A stretch of DNA of 22,618 nt from a virus (lineage: Duplodnaviria; Heunggongvirae; Uroviricota; Caudoviricetes). The DNA lies in IMG/VR virus record IMGVR_UViG_2695420809_000016, positions 1-22,618 of that record, one strand, 5' to 3'. The notes beneath the pieces were generated by a model. The model did not search any database. It was not told the origin of the DNA and was given only the letters and a program-made list of their open reading frames with translations. Every line of letters begins with the position of its first letter. Position 1 is the stretch's first letter. Positions 16,890 to 22,618 of this stretch are shown here, piece by piece. A program made the position numbers and the translations under genes.

Positions 16890-19101
16890 ATATCACCGTT
16901 GCACCTCGCGTCAGCGCCTCAAGCTCCCATCGCTGCGGTCTGATACCGTTCTGAGCAAGGTCAACGCGGATAGGGATGATTTGCAATCGTTCAGACCTGG
17001 TCAGTCTGGCCGATGGTGCAATTTCATGTGGTTTTAACGGGCTTCCGTTTCTCTGCTGACGATTTGGTGTTCTCAGCCCGTATTTTAATGCGCCCCTGAG
17101 CGCCCTCACGACCTCCGGGTCATTCCATTCGATAACACCGTCATCAACCAGATTAAGCACTGCTGCGGCGTGCTCAGAAGGCGTGGGAGCCGGTAACGAA
17201 GTATTACCACCGGTGAGCTTTCCACAGTTATTGACAGGACTCCGAGGCGCGGCGATGCCGCTTTTTAAAGTCAAAGGCTCAACGACCGGAACTTTCGGCA
17301 CAATGCGCCAGTCCGTCGTTCTGGTGATATGAATATGACGCGCGCCGAGATGCGGCGCGTAAATGCCGACCACTCTCTCGACTTCTTCCTCGTACTCGTT
17401 AACGTCATCCGACGGGCTACGGGCAACCCTGACAGTCTGACAATCGCGCGGGACATTTGCCCCACCCTGCGCGCTGATATACAACGCAAAATCACCACTG
17501 TCTGCGGCAGCGCGAGCAGCCTCGACGCGTTCGTCAAACTCATCAGCAATACTGACGCCGCGAGGCAATTTGCGTAGTTCACGGTAAGCCCCCATTGTCG
17601 GCAGGCCAACCGTTTTAAATTGCGGAATTCGCCACGTTGACGCCCATGCGGTAACAGCCGCAGCAGTATCTTTCAGCGGCCTGCCGGTATCATTATCGAG
17701 CTGACCATCCAGTGCGTAGCCATCGATGTTTTTTGAGATGTATTTTGCGATATACCCCGCAGCACCGCCCCGGTTAAGATGTTTTGCCTGAAAACGGTTT
17801 CGCGCGGCTCCTCTTTCGTCGCCATCCTCTTTGAGCGCATAGCGACGCATGATTTCGATAATCTGGTTACGCTGGCGTGGATTACAAAAAAGCATCATAT
17901 GCCAGTGCGGCGTTCCGTCGTGGTGTGGCTCGACGACACGCAAACCGTAGACCTGTAAATCATTATCCTTGAATGCCGTGCGCATCAGGCTCCAGATATG
18001 GCAGAGATAACGCTGCGCATCCTTTGGATTAAATGCCTCATCGTTCCAGCCGTGATTTAGCTGGACGGTTTTACTTTCGCCTTTTCCGACCTGACGTGTC
18101 GGGTGATACTTTGACGGCGCGGTAAGCGTGATAAACATCCCCACATCACCCTCTGCGGCGGCGTAACGCTCAATACCGGCAATGGTGTTCATCAGCTCCA
18201 TCCGGCGAATTTCAGGATTAGAAATACTGCCCATCACCTTACTGATAAGGTCGATGCGTTCGCCGGTTTCCCTGTTTTCAAGGTCACACGATTTAAGAAA
18301 TTCCAGATTTGCCTGGCGGCGTGCACGCACATCACGAATGGCATGTTTACTGGCATAAGGAGAACGGCCTTTATTGACCTCCCCGACAGCAATCAGTAAC
18401 GCCTCATGCCAGCGCATACGCTGGCCTTTAAGCTGATGGGTCCACCACTCATCGTTAAACAGACGGGCAATGGCAGAATATGCCTGCCTCGTGGTCATCT
18501 GCCCTTTACGGTATTTTTTCCAGTAGAGAGGGGAAATATTGAAAGCACGTGCAGCACCAGCAACATGACCATAGAGGTGAGCCTGCGCCTCATCCGTAAA
18601 CAGCGATTCTTTTTCGCCATGCGCATCCACCCAGGCATCGCAGAGTTCCTCATACATCATGAAAAGCTGCGATGAGATACGGGCGGCAAACTTTTTCAGC
18701 TCCTTATCATTCATCCCCGGCAGACGCGCATAATGGTCACGTTCTGCCAGAAACAGCAACGACGCGTCGGTGTTCATTTCATGGCGCTGATTCACGCGCT
18801 CAATGCGCGGCCATAAACGACGCTGAAAAGTGGATGTGAGGAAATAAAACCCGTGCACCGGGCTTTTATTGCGCCGGATGTAGTCATAGCGTGAAGTAAA
18901 CAGCGAGCGCAAAAAGTAAGGCAGACGGTTAATCGTGGATAAAACACCTTGCACCTGACGCATCTCGTCACGTGTAAGGGGTCTTTCGCGCCCGACGGCC
19001 TCGCGTGGCGCGTTCCATGCATAAGCACCGGTAAACGCCTTACCGGTGCCTGCGGCAAATGCTGACGGAGGGACAAAACGCCCGGAGGCTTTAACGGCCA
19101 T
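16816..19101 (-). CDS. A: Replication initiation protein gpA (rolling-circle initiator)
   Basis: The ATG at 19101..19099 gives MAVKASGRFVPPSAFAAGTGK...; 761 aa, the expected gpA size. The ORF-track start at 19143 is a TTG. Last gene of the early operon. Confidence 0.95.
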   Translation of the reverse strand: MAVKASGRFVPPSAFAAGTGKAFTGAYAWNAPREAVGRERPLTRDEMRQVQGVLSTINRLPYFLRSLFTSRYDYIRRNKSPVHGFYFLTSTFQRRLWPRIERVNQRHEMNTDASLLFLAERDHYARLPGMNDKELKKFAARISSQLFMMYEELCDAWVDAHGEKESLFTDEAQAHLYGHVAGAARAFNISPLYWKKYRKGQMTTRQAYSAIARLFNDEWWTHQLKGQRMRWHEALLIAVGEVNKGRSPYASKHAIRDVRARRQANLEFLKSCDLENRETGERIDLISKVMGSISNPEIRRMELMNTIAGIERYAAAEGDVGMFITLTAPSKYHPTRQVGKGESKTVQLNHGWNDEAFNPKDAQRYLCHIWSLMRTAFKDNDLQVYGLRVVEPHHDGTPHWHMMLFCNPRQRNQIIEIMRRYALKEDGDERGAARNRFQAKHLNRGGAAGYIAKYISKNIDGYALDGQLDNDTGRPLKDTAAAVTAWASTWRIPQFKTVGLPTMGAYRELRKLPRGVSIADEFDERVEAARAAADSGDFALYISAQGGANVPRDCQTVRVARSPSDDVNEYEEEVERVVGIYAPHLGARHIHITRTTDWRIVPKVPVVEPLTLKSGIAAPRSPVNNCGKLTGGNTSLPAPTPSEHAAAVLNLVDDGVIEWNDPEVVRALRGALKYGLRTPNRQQRNGSPLKPHEIAPSARLTRSERLQIIPIRVDLAQNGIRPQRWELEALTRGATVIYGEKKFSYAVADEWPGYSTEMEWS

Positions 19102-19366
19102 GTGAGCCAAAAGCCTCTGAACAACGCTTGCTGAGTTGCTCAACCTGCGCGTTTAAATCAGCAAAAGACTTTGCGCTTCCGGTAAGGATATCGTGATGCA
19201 CCAGACCGGAAACGAGCTGGCTTAATTTCGGGTAATAACCAACCACCGCCAGCCATTCCTGACCGGCGTTTTTACCGCTTTCAGCTCTCTTTTTCTCGTG
19301 GAGAATAAACTGAAAGCTGTCACTGGTAACAACATAACGTTCGCCAATTTCAATACGAATACTCAT
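19091..19366 (-). CDS. Hypothetical early protein (P2 orf83 position)
   Basis: 91-aa ORF immediately upstream of A in the early operon, overlapping the A start by about 11 nt. Confidence 0.6.
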   Translation of the reverse strand: MSIRIEIGERYVVTSDSFQFILHEKKRAESGKNAGQEWLAVVGYYPKLSQLVSGLVHHDILTGSAKSFADLNAQVEQLSKRCSEAFGSHGR

Positions 19367-19587
19367 GCCGTTCTCCGGTAATGTTTGTTTTTTGCTTCAA
19401 AGACTGACTGACAGGAAACACAACGCGTGGCTGACGGATAAGCCGCACGACGGGCAGCAGGTATTGGCGCATCACATTCTTCGCAAACCAGCGAAGAAAC
19501 ACCGCAATGTTTTACCCTTGCCGCGTTAATCTGGCGCTCCAGTAATTCAGCCTGTTGTTCCTGAATAAAATCTACGTTGTCCGGCAT
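19363..19587 (-). CDS. TraR/DksA-family C4 zinc-finger protein (P2 orf82 position)
   Basis: 74 aa with two CxxC pairs (CEEC ... CVSC) in the arrangement typical of phage TraR/DksA-like proteins. Confidence 0.75.
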   Translation of the reverse strand: MPDNVDFIQEQQAELLERQINAARVKHCGVSSLVCEECDAPIPAARRAAYPSATRCVSCQSVFEAKNKHYRRTA

Positions 19588-19892
19588 TACCAGCTCCTTT
19601 TATCGTTAAGTTTCCTGGATACATCAGCGCAATAGCTGGCAATTTCTGTCGTTAATTTCGTCAGTTCATCCACGGAGGAGATTTGCTTGTGAAATACAGC
19701 GCGTTTAACAAGTAAATTGACCACATCAGACAGGAGATTTAATTCGTTCTGATAAATCGCGATAACAGACTCAGTTATTTCGCGTTTTTCTTTATCAAGA
19801 CCAAGTTGAATAAGAGATAAATCGCCATTTTTCATAACGGTGATTTTTAAGGCGTTATTCAGTAATACAACTGAACGAGAACAGGACATCAA
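19587..19892 (-). CDS. Hypothetical early protein (P2 orf81 position)
   Basis: 101-aa ORF in the early operon; ATGA-type overlap with the neighbouring gene. Confidence 0.6.
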   Translation of the reverse strand: MMSCSRSVVLLNNALKITVMKNGDLSLIQLGLDKEKREITESVIAIYQNELNLLSDVVNLLVKRAVFHKQISSVDELTKLTTEIASYCADVSRKLNDKRSW

Positions 19893-20113
19893 AGCACCTC
19901 CCCGCGAGACAATCCGATATTGTGAAATTTTTCCGACTCCTGACTGAGCAGCTCGACTATCTCCACGCGGGATAACTCCGCCTTTGTGATGTGGCGAATC
20001 ATGGCGTCAAGATGAGAAGAAAAGCGCGTCGCAGCGTCGGCCTGTGCTTCGGTTCTGGCCTGTTGCAGCAGTAATGCGTATTTACCGCACTGATTTTCAG
20101 AAACTGTATGCAT
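19889..20113 (-). CDS. Hypothetical early protein (P2 orf80 position)
   Basis: 74-aa ORF directly downstream of B in the early operon. Confidence 0.6.
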   Translation of the reverse strand: MHTVSENQCGKYALLLQQARTEAQADAATRFSSHLDAMIRHITKAELSRVEIVELLSQESEKFHNIGLSRGEVL

Positions 20114-20176
20114 GACTTTCTCCAGGCAAAAAGAAGCCCCGCACGATTAAGTGCGTTAAAAACTCTGGTTAATTAT

Positions 20177-20677
20177 TTAATGCAGATATTGCTCTGGTTT
20201 AACCGACGTCAGAATTGTCGGTGCATACTCAAACAGGCTGAATAATTCACGTAATGCACGGAATAAAGCATCACGCCAGTAACATGACTCTTCATTAATT
20301 CGCCAGTATGGCTGGTTGAATTCTTTTTCAGTCAATCCGGCATGCATAAATAAAGTACGACGCTGACTGACTGTTAAAAAACTAATATATGCATACTCAC
20401 TTGCGCCAACCTGACGGCGTTTTGAGAATGCACCACGCAATTCATCAATTGCACATACCAGTCGTTCACGTTCGACGTCGTTCATTTCTTCAAAACGCAT
20501 CGTTGCGTGACGCTGTTTTAACTGCGCATGAAAGCAAACCGTTAACCGTTCGCGCTCCATCATCTGATTATAATAATCACATGTATCCTGCCAGCGAGGG
20601 ACGGCCAGATGCTTACCAATTATCCGGCGCATAGTTGCTGGCTGTTTTTCGACGAGATTGAGCGTCATCACTGTCAT
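20177..20677 (-). CDS. B: Replication protein gpB (helicase-loader-like)
   Basis: 166 aa, same length as P2 gpB; position cox-orf78-B. Confidence 0.9.
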   Translation of the reverse strand: MTVMTLNLVEKQPATMRRIIGKHLAVPRWQDTCDYYNQMMERERLTVCFHAQLKQRHATMRFEEMNDVERERLVCAIDELRGAFSKRRQVGASEYAYISFLTVSQRRTLFMHAGLTEKEFNQPYWRINEESCYWRDALFRALRELFSLFEYAPTILTSVKPEQYLH

Positions 20678-20871
20678 TTCCAGACCCTCCGGCTTTTCAG
20701 AAAGGTCAGAGCCTTTTTTAACGGACTCTGTTTTTTGGTGCGGATAATGATTCCCTTGCGACCCTTCCCGTGGGTGATGGTGAAGTCAATCGCCCTGGGG
20801 CTTTCGTTACGCAGTAACTGAGCAATACAACGCGGCTCATTCATAATCACAACCCCATCCACAAAAGCCAT
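20674..20871 (-). CDS. Hypothetical small early protein (P2 orf78 position)
   Basis: 65-aa basic ORF between cox and B; overlaps the cox stop by about 25 nt. Confidence 0.5.
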   Translation of the reverse strand: MAFVDGVVIMNEPRCIAQLLRNESPRAIDFTITHGKGRKGIIIRTKKQSPLKKALTFLKSRRVWK

Positions 20872-21119
20872 GCATCACGCTGTTCAACCGGTCGGTTATA
20901 AAACGCCTCACGTACAGCGCGATTAAACTCAGGAATGAAAACCCACTTCTCACCGACACGAGCGTTCGGCTTACTTGGATCACGAAGCTCAATAACTGGC
21001 AATTTATTCTCTTTTACCATCTTGACTACAGCCGTTTCTGGCTTACCAAGTAACTCTGCAAACTTAACCGTATGTACCGCATCAATAGGGTACTGAATCA
21101 CATAGTCATTGACTTCCAT
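20847..21119 (-). CDS. cox: Cox-like excisionase / early-promoter regulator
   Basis: 90 aa, first gene of the early operon, divergent from C. Pattern ...KLPVIELRDPSKP...WVFIPEFN...RDAWLLWMGL resembles P2 Cox (91 aa) but is clearly diverged. Confidence 0.8.
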   Translation of the reverse strand: MEVNDYVIQYPIDAVHTVKFAELLGKPETAVVKMVKENKLPVIELRDPSKPNARVGEKWVFIPEFNRAVREAFYNRPVEQRDAWLLWMGL

Positions 21120-21271
21120 TGATTAGCCCTTTTTGCTTTCGTGTTACCCTTATTAGATCCAGTCCCTTCTAGGTCGCCCCTGTCCTTTCTAGGGACTGGC
21201 TAACACACTCAAAAGGTCACCAATTCACAACCTTTTGACGAGAATATAAGTCACCAATAGGTTACTGTCAA
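21120..21271. promoter_or_regulatory. Immunity switch region: divergent Pe/Pc promoters with candidate operator repeats
   Basis: Direct repeats AGTCCCTTCTAGG (21161..21173) and TGTCCTTTCTAGG (21181..21193) spaced 20 bp apart, flanked by an inverted element CAGTCCC...GGGACTG. TTGACG at about 21235..21240 is a possible -35 for Pc. Confidence 0.5.
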
Positions 21272-21565
21272 ATGCAGACATTCGAAAAACTGAAAGCGAT
21301 TAGGAAAGCAGAAGGCTTAACACAGGCTAAATTCAGCGAAATTAGCGGGATAGCTCTAGGAACAGTCAAAAATTACGAAAGTGGGCATAAAGACCCAGGT
21401 CTCAGCATCGTGATGCGAGTCACAAATACACCTTTATTTAAAAAATATACGCTCTGGTTAATGACTGGTGATACGTCACCACAAGCTGGTCAGATCGCGC
21501 CGGCTCTCGCACACATTGGGCAAAAACCAACAGAATCAGACCACTCCGGGAAACAGACTGGTTAA
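21272..21565 (+). CDS. C: Immunity repressor C (HTH protein)
   Basis: 97 aa. HTH-like N-terminus (LTQAKFSEISGIALGTVKNYESG) and a C-terminal QIAPALAHIGQ motif resembling P2 C (99 aa). Divergent from cox and upstream of int. Confidence 0.8.
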   Translation: MQTFEKLKAIRKAEGLTQAKFSEISGIALGTVKNYESGHKDPGLSIVMRVTNTPLFKKYTLWLMTGDTSPQAGQIAPALAHIGQKPTESDHSGKQTG

Positions 21566-21634
21566 CACTCTATAAACATTACATTTTCACCATTTGTTAC
21601 CAAGATGGTGAATACAGCGTCAGAGGGCTTTCTT

Positions 21635-22618
21635 ATGTCAATTAAGAAGCTCGATGATGGACGCTATGAAGTGGACATTAGACCTCGCGGTCGCGACGGA
21701 AAACGCATCCGCAGGAAGTTTGAAAGAAAAGCTGAGGCTGTAGCATTTGAGCGATACACAATCGCCAATGCCAGTCAGAAAGAATGGGCAGGCCAGCGAG
21801 CAGACCGCCGAACTTTGACAGAATTGCTCGACATCTGGTGGAAATATCACGGGCAAAACCACGAGCATGGGACAAAAGAGTTTAATCATCTGCTCAAAAC
21901 CATCAGCGGTATAGGTGATATACCTGTGAGCCGGATGAACAAAAGGGCTTTGATGGATTATCGCTCCATGCGACTACGTGATGGCATCAGTGCTGCAACG
22001 ATAAATCGTGACATATACCGATTATCCGGCATGTTCACAAAATTAATTCAACTGGATGAATTTTCCGGGCAACACCCAATTCACGGACTGCCGCCACTGA
22101 CGGAGGCCAACCCTGAAATGACGTTCCTGGAAAAAGCAGAAATCGAAAAACTGTTAAATGTTTTGGCTGGTGATGACTTACTTGTCGCGCTTTTATGTCT
22201 GAGCACTGGAGGAAGATGGACGGAAGTTGCCACGCTAAAACCAGCACAGATTACAAATTGCAGGGTTACCTTCCTGAAAACCAAAAACGGTAAAAAGCGA
22301 ACCGTGCCGATTTCTAAGGAACTGGAGAAAAAAGTTAAAGAGGAGGCCAGTGCCAAATTATTCAAAGTTGATTATGAGAAGTTTTGCGGGATTTTACGCA
22401 GAGTGAAACCTGATATACCACCCAATCAGGCAACCCATATCCTGCGACATACATTCGCAAGTCATTTCATGATGAATGGGGGCAACATAATTGCACTGCA
22501 ACAGATTCTGGGGCATGCGAGCATTCAGCAGACGATGGCCTATGCGCACCTTGCGCCTGATTACCTGCAAAACGCAGTAGCGTTAAACCCACTAAAGGGT
22601 GGTTTAACGATTCGATAA
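21635..22618 (+). CDS. int: Tyrosine integrase (P2 Int-like)
   Basis: The ATG at 21635 gives MSIKKLDDGRYEVDIRPRGRDGKRIRRKF... with C-terminal catalytic signatures (HILRHTFASHF, MAYAHLAP). The ORF-track start at 21605 is upstream. The stop is at the window end. Confidence 0.9.
   Translation: MSIKKLDDGRYEVDIRPRGRDGKRIRRKFERKAEAVAFERYTIANASQKEWAGQRADRRTLTELLDIWWKYHGQNHEHGTKEFNHLLKTISGIGDIPVSRMNKRALMDYRSMRLRDGISAATINRDIYRLSGMFTKLIQLDEFSGQHPIHGLPPLTEANPEMTFLEKAEIEKLLNVLAGDDLLVALLCLSTGGRWTEVATLKPAQITNCRVTFLKTKNGKKRTVPISKELEKKVKEEASAKLFKVDYEKFCGILRRVKPDIPPNQATHILRHTFASHFMMNGGNIIALQQILGHASIQQTMAYAHLAPDYLQNAVALNPLKGGLTIR

Larger units (their letters stand above)
1..22618. mobile_element. P2-like prophage or phage genome segment, inverted relative to the P2 map, spanning tail-fibre assembly gene to integrase
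   Basis: Uninterrupted P2 gene order and matching protein sizes (G,H,I,J,W,V,S,R,lysCBA,K,Y,X,L,M,N,O / P,Q / cos / A,orf83-80,B,orf78,cox / C,int), plus a 19-nt P2 cos sequence. Recognised from memory of P2 proteins, not from a search. Confidence 0.9.

Noticed and set aside
17271-17609. 112-aa minus-strand ORF and 82-aa plus-strand ORF (17329..17577) inside gene A
   Set aside because: Both lie in alternate frames or antisense within the recognisable 761-aa replication gene.
1-22618. Attachment sites and flanking host DNA, tRNA genes
   Set aside because: The window begins inside G and ends at the integrase stop codon, so attL, attR and any tRNA integration target lie outside; no tRNA-like sequence was seen inside.
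1-22618. CRISPR arrays or IS elements
   Set aside because: No spaced direct-repeat array, transposase ORF or terminal inverted repeats were seen; the repeats present are short operator-like or terminator-like elements only.

Overview
The window is almost entirely one P2-like (Peduovirus-type) temperate phage genome, most likely a prophage of an enterobacterial host, lying inverted relative to the standard P2 map. All assignments rest on reading the six-frame translations and on gene order and protein sizes recalled for phage P2; no database search, alignment or GC calculation was run. Reading left to right: tail-fibre assembly gene G (cut by the window edge), tail fibre H, baseplate genes I, J, W and V, an AT-rich cargo ORF on the opposite strand, tail completion genes S and R, the lysis cassette (LysC nested in LysB, LysA, endolysin K, holin Y), X, head completion L, terminase M, capsid N, scaffold O, then the divergent terminase P and portal Q, a 19-nt P2-type cos site, a second AT-rich cargo island, the early replication operon (A back to cox), and the C repressor and integrase. 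The backbone is conventional. The two things worth a second look are the cargo islands: a 334-aa acidic protein of no recognisable family at the cos–A junction (the position of tin/old in P2, a known anti-phage defence hotspot), and a 261-aa three-helix membrane protein between S and V (the P2 orf30 position). No rRNA, tRNA, CRISPR array or IS element was seen, and no attachment site lies inside the window.
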